Assembly: GCA_017516885.1 (NCBI GenBank)
Contig: JAFXAR010000074.1
Coordinates: 6,727 to 70,726 of the forward strand
Reading direction: 5' to 3'
From: Bacteroidaceae bacterium
GTDB lineage: Bacteria; Bacteroidota; Bacteroidia; Bacteroidales; Bacteroidaceae
DNA length: 64,000 nucleotides
Positions within the stretch are counted from its first letter, which is position 1. Each line of letters opens with the position of its first letter. Below, in pieces: positions 29,667 to 40,212 of the stretch. The notes beneath the pieces were generated by a model. It had not been told where the DNA came from. It searched no databases and saw nothing but the letters and a program-made list of their open reading frames with translations. The translations under genes and the position numbers were made by a program.

Positions 29667-32600
29667 ATGAAAAAGATTTACTTTATGCTCATCTCCTTCC
29701 TGTGTGCAGCATTTGCAGTACAGGCAGCACCTGTGACCGATTTGGCGCAGCTGAGCAATGACAAGGTTTACACCATCCGTTCGGAGCGTGCGTTCCTGCT
29801 CTACAGCGCTAACGTCACAAAGCTTGCATCAAGCAACGGAAAATCTGTAGGTGCAGTTACACGCAACCCACAGGACCCTAACCAGCAGTTCAAGATTGAG
29901 AACAAGAATGGCACCTACTACCTCTACAGTGTAGGTGCAGAGAAGTATGTCATTGCTACCGGTTACAATGCAAACCCATACATGGCATTGACTATCACAA
30001 GTTCGGGCAACGCCAATTATCCTTGGAAGCTTGGCTTGGGAACTCTTTACCTGAACTCGCAGGATGCCAATCAGACCGCAGAAGGTCTTGTAATTGATAC
30101 TTGGTCCAAAACCGACGCCGGCAACAGCTACATCATTGAGGAGGTAACTGACGGTTCGTCTGCTTCAACCGAAGATGTTTATGACTTTACAGGCTTTGGC
30201 GATGAAGCTCTTTTGAACCTTTTCTACAATGCACTTCAGCAGGGCCGCAACTACCCAACAATGGAAGAGTTCGAGGCCGCAGGCATTCAGGCGTCAGACA
30301 TTGCATTTGTACGCTCACACGTTCGCCGTGCAAACATCATGAGCCGTGCCGACCGTCTGAGAGCCAACACCTTTGAGAGAAGAAACCTCTTCCTGAACAT
30401 ACCAATGGATTACGGTAAGGATGGCGCAGTAGGCCACCCCGAAGCAAAATTCAATGCCGACGTGTTCTCAATGTGGCAATATACAAACCTATGGGGTTCT
30501 TGGAATCACTCAATATTCACAGCTCCTGGCGCATGGGTTGATGCAGCACACCGCAACGGTACCGACATTATGAGCGGCATCAAGTTCTTTGACACAACAG
30601 GAGGCCGCACAGAGGGAGCCGCTTCTTACGAAGCACTTATCTCCAAGAAGGATGCAAACGGCGATTACATGTACGTAAAGCCCTTAATCAACATCCTGAT
30701 GTTCTTTGGCTCTGACGGCATCAATTACAACTGGGAGGATACAGGCTACAGCGACAAAGATGTTGTACAGTTCCACAAGGCGCTTTACAGATATGCGACA
30801 GAGTGTGGTTTTGACAGTTATCACAGCGCAATATACTGTGCTGTATCAGAGTTGACAAACAGTTCTGCAAACATTGACTACCTTTACGGAACAAAGGCTA
30901 ACGGCAAAACACATGACTTGATGCTCAATTATCAAGCTAATGATATTGCATACAACCTTGACAAAACATATGAAGCTGTAAAAGCTGCTTACGGCGAGGC
31001 TGATGGCTTATATGCAGGTGTATGGATTGCCAGCATGGACCGTCGCTGGACAAACCTTGAAGGCAACAACTGCAACATCTGCCTTTGGGGCGAGCACGAC
31101 CAGAGCCGCTTCTACAGCTTCAACGCAGGTGATGGTGTATATGACATCCAGGGCAACTACCAGAGACTGCTTGAGCGCGGTTTCTCAGGCGGCAACCGCA
31201 ACCCGGCAAACTTGCCAGCCCTTAGCAATGAAGGAAACAACTGGGTAGCTGCAGACGGCAAGCTTCCATTGCAGACCTTCGCAGGTATGGCACACTGGAT
31301 TCCCGAGCGCTCGGCAATTCAGGGCAATCTCCCATTCGGCACACACTTCACATTGGGTAATGGCGACCGCTACTTCTATAAGGGCAAGATGGCGCACAAG
31401 AGCGGCTGGTACAACATGGGTTCACAGGACATTGTTCCCACATACCGCTGGCTGCGCTACAAGACTGGCACTACAACAGTAAGCACAGACGTTGACGTAA
31501 ACTACACACACCTCGATGCATACACAGGCGGTTCATGTATTGAGCTCACCGGCGCAGCAACATCCGAAGGCACCGACATCATCCTCTACAAGACATCACT
31601 CAAGGCCGGCAGCGGCGCATACGCAAAGGTTGCCGTAAAAACATTGAAGGATGTACAGGCAACAAACCTCTACCTCATTGTAAAGAAGCAGGGCAGCAAT
31701 GCTTGGCAGGAGTATCCAGTGGGCAATGTGTCCGGAAAAACATGGGAAGAGAAGAAGTTTGACCTCACAGGCATTGCAAGTGGCGATGTTATTGAACGCA
31801 TTGGCTTGCGCGTAAAGGGCAACAACAACGACTACCAGCTCTATGTTGGAAAACTTGAAATCAACGACAACAACAAAGTAGACCCTGCCAACGTAAAGGA
31901 CCTTGTTGCTGAGGTAAAGAATGAGACAAAGACATCAATGAACCTTAAGCTCCACTGGAACGTAGACGCAGTAGCAAAGACACGCGCTGACTGGGGCCTG
32001 GTTTACAATGACGAGGCAAACATCAGCCACTTCGAGATTATGTACAAAAATGGAGAAGATGGCAGAGTAGCGCAGGTTGGTACTACATCACAGTGGGCAA
32101 CATTTGTGGGTAACATTGAGTTTACAAGCGTGAACGACGTTCCATTTATTGGTGTACGTTCAGTTTCTACTGACCTCAAGACATACTCTCCTATTGTTTG
32201 GGTAGAAGTTCCACGCGGCAACCAGGCCGACCTTCCCGAAAAGGTTGAAGAGGACACATACGGCGTAAGCCAGATTGACCCTGCTTCAAGCGGCATTGCA
32301 AATGCACGCGCACAGCGCTACGTTGACCTTGTTACAACAACAGGCGCTACAAAGAATCTCAACTACACAGCAAGCAGCCCGGTTGCCGACGGTACACAGT
32401 ATGCCGATGCACGCGACCATGTACTTGAAATCAACCAGGGACAGGAAATTACAATGACTATCAGAGGCGCGAACTATGATGATGGTCTCAAATGGTGCTA
32501 CGGCGGTGGATGGCTCGACCTCAATGGCAGTGGCGACTTTGACCACCCGCTGCCTGTAGAGAGAACAGCTGCTGAAATTGACAAGGGCATCACAGAGGTT

Positions 32601-33122
32601 GACCCTGAGGGCGAGCGTATATTCTTCGTTGGTACACACGAGGCTGCGACACCGGCAATTCAGAGTCCAGGCATCACATTTACGTTCAAAGTACCTGCAG
32701 ATGCAACTCCCGGCGACAGCCGCTTGCGCATTGTATTCTCTGATGCATGGTTTGCCGGAGCATTCAATCCAACAGGCTTGACAAACAAGGGCTTCACAAT
32801 TGACTTCGGCGTAAAGATTACAGGTAACAACCCAGGCCGTGCCGCAGCCGACACACGCGACCAGGGTGTAGCTGATGAGCCAGAGTGCCTTGAAGGCAAC
32901 ACATCTGTTGAGGATGTTGTAGCAGGCGAGGTTTCTACAGCCGAGGGCGTTGAAGGCGCAATTGACTTCAACAATGCAGACAAGGCTTGGATTTACACAG
33001 CCGATGGCAAATTGGTTAACTTTGTACTGAACCCCGCTACAGTTGCTGTAGAAACAGGCGTTTACGTCGTTAAGATGCAGAAAGGCAATGTAATCCGTTC
33101 GGCAAAGGTTGCAGTGAAGTAA
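29667..33122 (+). CDS. GH85 endo-beta-N-acetylglucosaminidase, multi-domain, with T9SS C-terminal sorting domain
   Basis: A signal peptide is present. The GH85 core is WQYTNLWGSWNHSIFTAPGAWVDAAHRNGTDIMSG and FGSDGINYNWED, the N-x-E catalytic pattern of GH85. A GEVED-like segment (WCYGGGWLDLNGSGDFD) follows. The C-terminus AWIYTADGKLV...GVYVVKMQKGNVIRSAKVAVK looks like a Por/T9SS CTD. Confidence 0.8.
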   Translation: MKKIYFMLISFLCAAFAVQAAPVTDLAQLSNDKVYTIRSERAFLLYSANVTKLASSNGKSVGAVTRNPQDPNQQFKIENKNGTYYLYSVGAEKYVIATGYNANPYMALTITSSGNANYPWKLGLGTLYLNSQDANQTAEGLVIDTWSKTDAGNSYIIEEVTDGSSASTEDVYDFTGFGDEALLNLFYNALQQGRNYPTMEEFEAAGIQASDIAFVRSHVRRANIMSRADRLRANTFERRNLFLNIPMDYGKDGAVGHPEAKFNADVFSMWQYTNLWGSWNHSIFTAPGAWVDAAHRNGTDIMSGIKFFDTTGGRTEGAASYEALISKKDANGDYMYVKPLINILMFFGSDGINYNWEDTGYSDKDVVQFHKALYRYATECGFDSYHSAIYCAVSELTNSSANIDYLYGTKANGKTHDLMLNYQANDIAYNLDKTYEAVKAAYGEADGLYAGVWIASMDRRWTNLEGNNCNICLWGEHDQSRFYSFNAGDGVYDIQGNYQRLLERGFSGGNRNPANLPALSNEGNNWVAADGKLPLQTFAGMAHWIPERSAIQGNLPFGTHFTLGNGDRYFYKGKMAHKSGWYNMGSQDIVPTYRWLRYKTGTTTVSTDVDVNYTHLDAYTGGSCIELTGAATSEGTDIILYKTSLKAGSGAYAKVAVKTLKDVQATNLYLIVKKQGSNAWQEYPVGNVSGKTWEEKKFDLTGIASGDVIERIGLRVKGNNNDYQLYVGKLEINDNNKVDPANVKDLVAEVKNETKTSMNLKLHWNVDAVAKTRADWGLVYNDEANISHFEIMYKNGEDGRVAQVGTTSQWATFVGNIEFTSVNDVPFIGVRSVSTDLKTYSPIVWVEVPRGNQADLPEKVEEDTYGVSQIDPASSGIANARAQRYVDLVTTTGATKNLNYTASSPVADGTQYADARDHVLEINQGQEITMTIRGANYDDGLKWCYGGGWLDLNGSGDFDHPLPVERTAAEIDKGITEVDPEGERIFFVGTHEAATPAIQSPGITFTFKVPADATPGDSRLRIVFSDAWFAGAFNPTGLTNKGFTIDFGVKITGNNPGRAAADTRDQGVADEPECLEGNTSVEDVVAGEVSTAEGVEGAIDFNNADKAWIYTADGKLVNFVLNPATVAVETGVYVVKMQKGNVIRSAKVAVK

Positions 33123-33134
33123 CCTATTGCTTAC

Positions 33135-33182
33135 GATATATAAAAATATGCGCGCCGGCCGGCGCGCATATTTTTATATATC
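33135..33182. terminator. Perfect 48-bp palindrome, a bidirectional-type terminator
   Basis: gatatataaaaatatgcgcgccgg / ccggcgcgcatatttttatatatc has a GC core flanked by A- and T-runs, 13 nt after the GH85 stop. Confidence 0.7.
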
Positions 33183-33279
33183 ATAAACACAGCACATTTA
33201 CCGCCACAAACTTGACATAAAATATTTTTTTGTGTATGTTTGCGCCAAGTACACAGCACAAATCAAAACAGAAAGCAAT

Positions 33280-33666
33280 ATGGGACTTATAAACAACCTT
33301 ATCGGCAACGCTACAGAAGTAAGCATCAGCGATTTAGCAAAGGAATTTGAGCATATACTTTTCCCGGGGGAGAGGATAGAGGATGCATACCGGCTGTTCC
33401 GCGACAAATGGATTTTCACCACCCACCGCCTCATAATAGAGGACATACAGGGCATTACAGGGAAAAAGCGCGAATATCACACAATTCCCTACAGATCTAT
33501 CACCCACTTTCTTATTGAGACAAACGGAACACTGGACACTGACTGCGTTATGAAGATATGGATAAACGGCAGCACAGAACCATACATCCAGGAGTTCAGC
33601 AGAAAGACTAACATCAAGGACATTCAGCGCAAATTAGCCTTCCACATGCTAAGCACGGACAATTGA
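33280..33666 (+). CDS. Bacterial PH (bPH/YokE-like) domain protein
   Basis: The start at MGLINNLIGNATE is preferred. The pattern GERIEDAYRLFRDKWIFTTHRLII...YHTIPYRSITHF is typical of PH-domain proteins of this size. Confidence 0.65.
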   Translation: MGLINNLIGNATEVSISDLAKEFEHILFPGERIEDAYRLFRDKWIFTTHRLIIEDIQGITGKKREYHTIPYRSITHFLIETNGTLDTDCVMKIWINGSTEPYIQEFSRKTNIKDIQRKLAFHMLSTDN

Positions 33667-34956
33667 TTCCTTGCGGCCCCTCCCAAAGACTATGGAGAGC
33701 ACCACTGCCGCGCCTATGAACATAGGATAATAGAGATACGGTATTATCTGTACAGGAGAGAGCGATGACAGCCCTGCTGCCATAAGCAGTTGTGCGCCAT
33801 AGGGAAGCACCCCCTGAACAAAGCACGAAGTGGTATCGAGCAGACTTGCAGCACGCCTGGGCGATATTGAGAAACGCCTTGACATGTCGCGCGAAATATC
33901 CCCCACAGTGAGAATTGCTATAGTATTATTGGCGGTACACACATTGGCAAGGGCTGCAAGCAATGCTATTGCCGATTCTGCGCCACGCCTTGAATGCAGA
34001 CGCGATGTCGTAATCTGCACAAGATAGTCTATGCCCCCATTTACTCGCACTAATTCAAGCATGCCGCCTGCAAGCATTGTAACAATTATCAGCCCGCTCA
34101 TTGACACAATGCCATCGTAACCCGCAGCGCAGAATTCCTGAAAGCCGAATGCGCCAAAGAAGAGCCCAACACTGGCAGCAATGGCAATTCCGGCAAAGAG
34201 CACAACAAGCACATTCACTCCCGCCAATGCCAACACAATGACAATGAGGTAAGGCACGCACTTCACGCCTTCGGCGAAAGAGACTGAAGCAGTCTCGTGA
34301 TTCTCAAGTCCATTGCCGCTAAAGGCGTATATGAGCAGGCATATTACTGCAGCCGGGAGCACAAGCGAAATGTTGTTAATGAACTTGCTCCGCATAGAAC
34401 AGCCCTGAGTCTGCGTTGCAGCAATCGTTGTATCGGAAATAAAGGAGAGATTGTCACCGAAGAACGAGCCTCCCACCACAATAGCTACCAGCCATGCCGT
34501 GTTGCACTCCATTTCGGCAGCCAGAGAGGTAACAACCGGGGTCAGCGCCACAATTGTTCCCACAGAAGTTCCTATGGACATTGAGATAAAGCATGACGCA
34601 AGGAAAATTCCTGCAGGAAGATAATTGCCGGGAATTGCATTCAGCGTAAGCTTTACCGTAGCATCCACAGCACCGGCCTTGCCCGCCACATGGGCGAATA
34701 TGCCTGCAAGAATAAATATCCACACCATGTAGAGGATTCTATGATTGGCTGCCCCTCTTGAAAACGACTGCACCCGCTCCATGAAAGGAGTGCCGCGCGT
34801 TACAAGCACGGCATATACCGATGCTATGCAGAAAGCAAAAGAGATTGGAATTTTATAGAAGTCGCCCACTACAAGCGACCCGGCAAGGTATATGAGCAGC
34901 AGCACCGCCACCGGCGACAAGGCAAAAAGCCCCTTTTTTGCAGATATTTTTTGCAT
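33649..34956 (-). CDS. Na+/H+ antiporter NhaC-family membrane protein
   Basis: 435 aa and polytopic. The composition and the segments GTSVGTIVALTPV and GDNLSFISDTTI are typical of NhaC-family carriers. It overlaps the convergent PH gene by 18 nt. Confidence 0.75.
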   Translation of the reverse strand: MQKISAKKGLFALSPVAVLLLIYLAGSLVVGDFYKIPISFAFCIASVYAVLVTRGTPFMERVQSFSRGAANHRILYMVWIFILAGIFAHVAGKAGAVDATVKLTLNAIPGNYLPAGIFLASCFISMSIGTSVGTIVALTPVVTSLAAEMECNTAWLVAIVVGGSFFGDNLSFISDTTIAATQTQGCSMRSKFINNISLVLPAAVICLLIYAFSGNGLENHETASVSFAEGVKCVPYLIVIVLALAGVNVLVVLFAGIAIAASVGLFFGAFGFQEFCAAGYDGIVSMSGLIIVTMLAGGMLELVRVNGGIDYLVQITTSRLHSRRGAESAIALLAALANVCTANNTIAILTVGDISRDMSRRFSISPRRAASLLDTTSCFVQGVLPYGAQLLMAAGLSSLSPVQIIPYLYYPMFIGAAVVLSIVFGRGRKESIVRA

Positions 34957-35062
34957 GGGAAATCGTTAGGTTATATATGTTTTTTGAATCCGAAACAAAG
35001 AATCAGGTTCTGATTGGCTTTAAGGGATATTCCCTAAGGGATGTGCTGAATGATATAAAAAA

Positions 35063-35086
35063 GCGAGACTTCAACAAAAGTCTCGC
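35063..35086 (-). terminator. rpsO intrinsic terminator
   Basis: On the minus strand, gcgagactt-ttgttg-aagtctcgc is followed by tttttt, 23 nt after the rpsO stop. Confidence 0.75.
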
Positions 35087-35108
35087 CTTTAACCATTCTT
35101 TGCGCAAA

Positions 35109-35378
35109 TTATCTACGCAAGCCAAGCTTGGCAACGATTGCACGGTAGCGGTTGATGTCACGGTCCTTAAGATAGTTAAGGAGTGAACGGCGCTTTCCTA
35201 CCAACATTGTCAAAGCTCTCTGTGTACTATAATCTTTACGGTTAGCCTTGAGGTGCTCCGTCAAGTGGGCAATACGGTATGAGAACAAAGCAATCTGGCT
35301 CTCAGCTGAACCAGTATCAGTGTTAGACGTTCCGTATGTGCCAAAGATTTCTTTCTTTTTCTCAGAATCCAAATACAT
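35109..35378 (-). CDS. rpsO: 30S ribosomal protein S15
   Basis: 89 aa; GSAESQIALFSYRIAHLTEHLKANRKDYSTQRALTMLVGKRRSLLNYL. Confidence 0.97.
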   Translation of the reverse strand: MYLDSEKKKEIFGTYGTSNTDTGSAESQIALFSYRIAHLTEHLKANRKDYSTQRALTMLVGKRRSLLNYLKDRDINRYRAIVAKLGLRR

Positions 35379-35695
35379 GATTTGATTGTTTTAAGTTAAT
35401 AAAAAAAATATCCTTTGGCCGACAAATGAATGCGCCAGAGCGCACTATGTTGCCAACGCGGGTGCAAAGATACAACTAAATTTTGGATTGGCAACCACTT
35501 TTGAATAAATTTTAGCAAGCTGAAAAGCAGCAGCATGCGAAATGCGGGCCTGTAGGTGCACAAAAAGCATTATTTTAGCGCCCTTGCGCATTATAATAGC
35601 ATATTTTGCCCTAAGTTCGCCGATTTTTGTGTAACTTTGCGCTTTGAAAAAGCGCGGAGGGGCAGCACTCCCCTATGCCACAAACCGAAAAATAT

Positions 35696-37492
35696 ATGCA
35701 GAACATACGCAACATTGCCATAATAGCACACGTCGACCACGGCAAGACAACATTGGTGGACAAAATGATGCTTGCAGGAAACCTTCTGAAAGAGCAGGAC
35801 AATGACAAGCTAACCCTTGACAACAACGAATTGGAGCGCGAGAGAGGAATAACCATCCTGTCAAAGAACGTGTCTATTCAATACAAAGATACAAAAATCA
35901 ACATTATTGACACTCCGGGTCACAGCGACTTTGGCGGAGAGGTGGAGCGCGTGCTCAACATGGCCGATGGCTGCATTCTGCTTGTGGACGCGTTTGAAGG
36001 CCCTATGCCACAGACACGCTTTGTGCTGCAGAAGGCATTGCAGATAGGGCTTAAGCCCATTGTTGTGGTTAACAAGGTGGACAAGCCCAACTGCCGTCCT
36101 GAGGAGGTTTACGAAATGGTATTCGACCTTATGTTCTCGCTTGAGGCCACAGAGGAGCAGCTTGACTTCCCCGTGCTCTACGGTTCGGCAAAGAACAACT
36201 GGATGAGCCACGACTGGCGCAAGGAGACAACCGACCTCACCGCACTGCTTGACGCTATTCTGGAGCATATTCCCGCACCAGAGCAGCTTGAAGGCACTCC
36301 GCAGATGCTGATTACCTCGCTCGACTACTCTCCCTATACTGGGCGCATTGCCATAGGACGCGTACATCGCGGAACGCTTACCGAAGGTTCTAACATAACA
36401 CTCGTTAACCGCAACGGCGAGGAGAGCAAGATGAAGATAAAGGAACTGCACACATTCGAGGGTTTGGGACGCAGAAGAACCGACAGCGTATCATCGGGCG
36501 ACATTTGCGCCATTGTAGGCCTTGAGAAGTTTGAGATTGGCGACACTGTATGCGACTTTGAGAACCCCGAAGCGCTTCCGCCAATTGCAATTGACGAGCC
36601 TACAATGAGCATGCTCTTTACCATAAACGACTCGCCTTTCTTTGGAAAAGAGGGCAAGTTTGTTACATCGCGCCACATACAGGAACGCCTTGACAAGGAG
36701 CTTGACAAGAATCTTGCGCTACGCGTAAAGAAAGACCCCGAAGAGGATGCCTGGACAGTATACGGCCGTGGAGTGCTGCACCTTTCAGTGCTCATTGAGA
36801 CCATGCGCCGCGAGGGTTACGAGCTTCAGGTGGGCCAGCCCCAGGTAATCTATAAGGAGATTGACGGAGTGCGCCACGAGCCCATTGAAGAACTTACAAT
36901 AAACGTGCCCACAGACTATTCGAGCAAGATAATTGACATGGTAACACGCCGCAAGGGCGAAATGCTCTCAATGGAAGCACAGGCCGACCGTGTCAACATT
37001 GAGTTCAGCATACCTTCACGAGGCATCATAGGACTGCGCACAAATGTGCTCACCGCATCGGCCGGCGAGGCCATTATGGCTCACCGCTTCAAGGAGTACC
37101 AGCCGTTCAAGGGCGAAATTGAGCGCCGCACCAACGGCTCAATGGTGGCAATGGAGAGCGGAACAGCCTTTGCCTACGCCATTGACAAGCTTCAGGAGCG
37201 CGGCAAGTTCTTCATAAGCCCGCAAGAGGAGGTCTATGCAGGCCAGGTAGTAGGCGAGCACATTCACGACAACGACCTTGTAATAAACGTCACAAAGAGC
37301 AAGAAGCTTACCAACATGCGCGCAAGCGGCAGTGACGACAAGGCACGCATAATCCCGCCCACAATATTCTCTCTTGAGGAGTCGCTTGAATATATCAAGG
37401 AGGATGAGTACCTTGAGGTAACGCCAAAGTCAATGCGCATGCGCAAGATTATACTTGACGAACTTGAACGCAAACGCGCAAACAAGCAATGA
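35696..37492 (+). CDS. typA: Translational GTPase TypA/BipA
   Basis: [20 protein letters not shown] (G1), [12 protein letters not shown] and NKVDK are present, with a BipA-type C-terminal domain. The start could instead be the upstream ATG at 35675. Confidence 0.93.
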   Translation: MQNIRNIAIIAHVDHGKTTLVDKMMLAGNLLKEQDNDKLTLDNNELERERGITILSKNVSIQYKDTKINIIDTPGHSDFGGEVERVLNMADGCILLVDAFEGPMPQTRFVLQKALQIGLKPIVVVNKVDKPNCRPEEVYEMVFDLMFSLEATEEQLDFPVLYGSAKNNWMSHDWRKETTDLTALLDAILEHIPAPEQLEGTPQMLITSLDYSPYTGRIAIGRVHRGTLTEGSNITLVNRNGEESKMKIKELHTFEGLGRRRTDSVSSGDICAIVGLEKFEIGDTVCDFENPEALPPIAIDEPTMSMLFTINDSPFFGKEGKFVTSRHIQERLDKELDKNLALRVKKDPEEDAWTVYGRGVLHLSVLIETMRREGYELQVGQPQVIYKEIDGVRHEPIEELTINVPTDYSSKIIDMVTRRKGEMLSMEAQADRVNIEFSIPSRGIIGLRTNVLTASAGEAIMAHRFKEYQPFKGEIERRTNGSMVAMESGTAFAYAIDKLQERGKFFISPQEEVYAGQVVGEHIHDNDLVINVTKSKKLTNMRASGSDDKARIIPPTIFSLEESLEYIKEDEYLEVTPKSMRMRKIILDELERKRANKQ

Positions 37493-38565
37493 GGAGGCTT
37501 GCAACCATAATAACTCTCATTTCGCTTCTCGTTTCGTGCAGCGAGAAGCAGGAAGAGGCTCTGTTCACCCTGAACGGCAATACCGGCATGCCCAAGGCCA
37601 CCGTATATCTCTATGGCCTTGACAGCAGCTACGAAAGAACCGACTCGGCCGTATGCAACGAGAACGGCGAGTTTGCCTTTGAGCTGAAGCTTGACTCGCT
37701 GACCCCATTGGGGCTTGTTATACCCGATGGAAAATTCGTGCCCGTGTATGCCGACCCACAAGGAAAAGCCATGCTTGTAAAGGACACTGCAATGCAGTGC
37801 GGATGGAGCATAAACGGCGGCGCTACACAGGCAAAGCACGACAGCATTTCAAGGATTCTTGATGCATGCCGGACCAACAATGAGATGATGACAAAGCTCG
37901 ACAGTTTCTTTATCGCCAATCCGGTGAGCATAATAAACGTAGAGCTTGTGCGGCGCTACATGGCCGACAATCCACTTGTTTACAACAAGGACATCCGCTC
38001 GCGCATAAGCAAGTTCGGCGGGCTTTTGCAGGACCATGAATACATAGTGCACCTGAAGACCGTCACCGATACCAAAAACAGCAACGTCCTGCACCGCGCC
38101 TTCCCATCGTTTGAATATACCACATTGGCCGGAGAAAAGATAAATTCAAGCAGTTTTCTCAAAAAATACACATTGGTAACCTTTTGGGCAACATGGGACA
38201 AGGGGAGCAAGAATAGAATGCTTGAGCTGGAAAGCATAAAGGACAGCATAAAAAGCAAGAGCTTTGCAATGCTCAACATCTCGCTCGACTATGACACCGC
38301 AGCATGGAAGAAATTCGTTACAGGGGACAGCATCCCCGGCGACCATGTGAACGACAAGATGACAATGAACAGCGACCTTGTACAGAAATTCAACATAAAG
38401 TCACTACCCCACACCATGCTCGTAAGCCCTTACCAAAGAATCATTGAGTACGATGCCGACATGGCAAAGGTTACCCTCCGTGCAGACTCCCTCACAAGGA
38501 AATATGACGACGAGCAGGAGAAAAAGAGGAAGGCCGAGGAGAAGAAGAACAGGAAAAAGAAATAA
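37489..38565 (+). CDS. Thioredoxin-fold (TlpA/AhpC-like) lipoprotein lacking the CxxC active site
   Basis: The lipoprotein signal is LISLLVSCSEK. The C-terminal Trx-like block YTLVTFWATWDKGSKNRMLEL reads DKGS where TlpA proteins have CxxC. The tail is Lys-rich. Its ATG overlaps the typA TGA (ATGA). Confidence 0.7.
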   Translation: MRRLATIITLISLLVSCSEKQEEALFTLNGNTGMPKATVYLYGLDSSYERTDSAVCNENGEFAFELKLDSLTPLGLVIPDGKFVPVYADPQGKAMLVKDTAMQCGWSINGGATQAKHDSISRILDACRTNNEMMTKLDSFFIANPVSIINVELVRRYMADNPLVYNKDIRSRISKFGGLLQDHEYIVHLKTVTDTKNSNVLHRAFPSFEYTTLAGEKINSSSFLKKYTLVTFWATWDKGSKNRMLELESIKDSIKSKSFAMLNISLDYDTAAWKKFVTGDSIPGDHVNDKMTMNSDLVQKFNIKSLPHTMLVSPYQRIIEYDADMAKVTLRADSLTRKYDDEQEKKRKAEEKKNRKKK

Positions 38566-38607
38566 CAGGGAGCATCTGCACCCGCTTCAAACCATCAGTA
38601 CACTCCC

Positions 38608-40146
38608 ATGCTTGTAAAAGTTCACGCAGCCGCCATTCAAGGCATAAACGCCACCCCGGTAACAATTGAAGTAAACGCCCTGCGAGGTATCAAGTTCTAC
38701 CTTGTGGGACTGCCTGACAATGCTGTCAAGGAGAGCCACCAGCGCATAAATTCTGCACTCCAGTACAACGGCTTGCGCTTCCCAAGCAAGCAGATTATTG
38801 TAAACATGGCCCCTGCCGACATAAAGAAGGAAGGGTCGGCATACGACCTGCCTATTGCCATAGGCATTCTTGCTGCCGATGAGGCAGTTTCAACAGAAAG
38901 GCTTGGGAGATACATAATCATGGGCGAACTTGGACTTGACGGCATGCTGCTGCCCATAAAGGGAGCGCTGCCCATAGCCATAAAAGCAAAGGAACTCGGC
39001 TTTGAAGGCATAATACTGCCGCGCGGGAACGCTGCCGAGGCCGCCGTGGTGGACGGAATAGCCGTATATGGAGCAGAAAATCTGCCGCAAGTAATCAAGT
39101 TTCTCAATGCACAGGAGGAGATAGAACCGTTCAATGTTGACATTAAAAAAGACTTCTACTCGCAGCAGAGCAATTTCCCTTTTGACTTCAGCGAAGTGCG
39201 CGGGCAGGAGAGCGTAAAGCGCGCCTTTGAGGTAGCCGCCGCAGGCGGGCACAATCTTATTATGATAGGCCCTCCGGGAAGCGGCAAGTCGATGATGGCA
39301 AAGAGGCTGCCAGGCATCCTCCCTCCGCTAACACTCAGCGAAAGCCTTGAAACCACAAAGATACACTCCGTAAGCGGCATGATGCCCGACGGAGTTTCGC
39401 TCATAACACAACGCCCCTTCCGCAGCCCGCACCATACAATATCATCGGTTGCGCTTTGCGGCGGCGGAGCAAACCCCAAGCCTGGAGAAATATCCCTTGC
39501 GCACAACGGCGTGCTGTTCCTTGACGAACTGCCCGAATTCAGCCGCGACGTGCTTGAGGTGATGCGCCAGCCGCTTGAAGACCGCAAAATCTGCGTAGCG
39601 CGAGCAAGCTACAAGGTGGAATATCCCGCCGGCGTAATGTTCGTTGCAAGCATGAACCCCTGCCCCTGTGGATACTACAACCACCCCACCAAGGCATGTA
39701 CATGCAGCCCCGGACAAGTACAGCGCTATCTGAACAAGATAAGCGGCCCGCTGCTCGACCGCATCGACCTCCAGATTGAAATAGTTCCTGTGCCCTTTGA
39801 AAAAATCTCGGACACAGCGCCCGGCGAGCCCAGCGCTGCAATACGCGAGCGTGTCATTGCAGCACGCAAGATACAGGAGGAACGCTTCAAGGGAGAGAAA
39901 GGCATCTACTGCAACGCACAGATGACGCCCAAGCTCATTGCACAACATGCAGTGCTTGACGACACCAGCCTTGCCATGCTAAAATCCGCAATGACCAGGT
40001 TCGACCTTTCGGCGCGCGCATACGACCGCATACTCAAGGTTGCCCGCACAATTGCCGACCTTGACAGCAGCGAGAGCATACAGTTCCAGCACATTGGCGA
40101 AGCGATTGGGTATAGAAATCTTGACCGGGGAAATTGGGGTACATAG
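38608..40146 (+). CDS. comM: YifB/ComM-family Mg-chelatase-like AAA+ ATPase
   Basis: A Lon-protease-like N-domain (GSAYDLPIAIGIL) is followed by Walker A GPPGSGKSM, GVLFLDELPEF, and the Cys cluster NPCPCGYYNHPTKACTCS. Confidence 0.93.
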   Translation: MLVKVHAAAIQGINATPVTIEVNALRGIKFYLVGLPDNAVKESHQRINSALQYNGLRFPSKQIIVNMAPADIKKEGSAYDLPIAIGILAADEAVSTERLGRYIIMGELGLDGMLLPIKGALPIAIKAKELGFEGIILPRGNAAEAAVVDGIAVYGAENLPQVIKFLNAQEEIEPFNVDIKKDFYSQQSNFPFDFSEVRGQESVKRAFEVAAAGGHNLIMIGPPGSGKSMMAKRLPGILPPLTLSESLETTKIHSVSGMMPDGVSLITQRPFRSPHHTISSVALCGGGANPKPGEISLAHNGVLFLDELPEFSRDVLEVMRQPLEDRKICVARASYKVEYPAGVMFVASMNPCPCGYYNHPTKACTCSPGQVQRYLNKISGPLLDRIDLQIEIVPVPFEKISDTAPGEPSAAIRERVIAARKIQEERFKGEKGIYCNAQMTPKLIAQHAVLDDTSLAMLKSAMTRFDLSARAYDRILKVARTIADLDSSESIQFQHIGEAIGYRNLDRGNWGT

Positions 40147-40212
40147 TGACACCGGTTCGGCAAGGCTGACAAAGCCGGAGAATATAAACCACACATTATA
40201 CATATAACCAAT

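Noticed and set aside
35639-35674. Two small hairpins (gcgcttt-gaa-aaagcgc and agggg-cagcact-cccct) in the typA leader, as a possible riboswitch or attenuator
   Set aside because: The stems are short (7 and 5 bp) with no recognisable riboswitch core. They most likely just argue that the downstream ATG (35696) is the true typA start.
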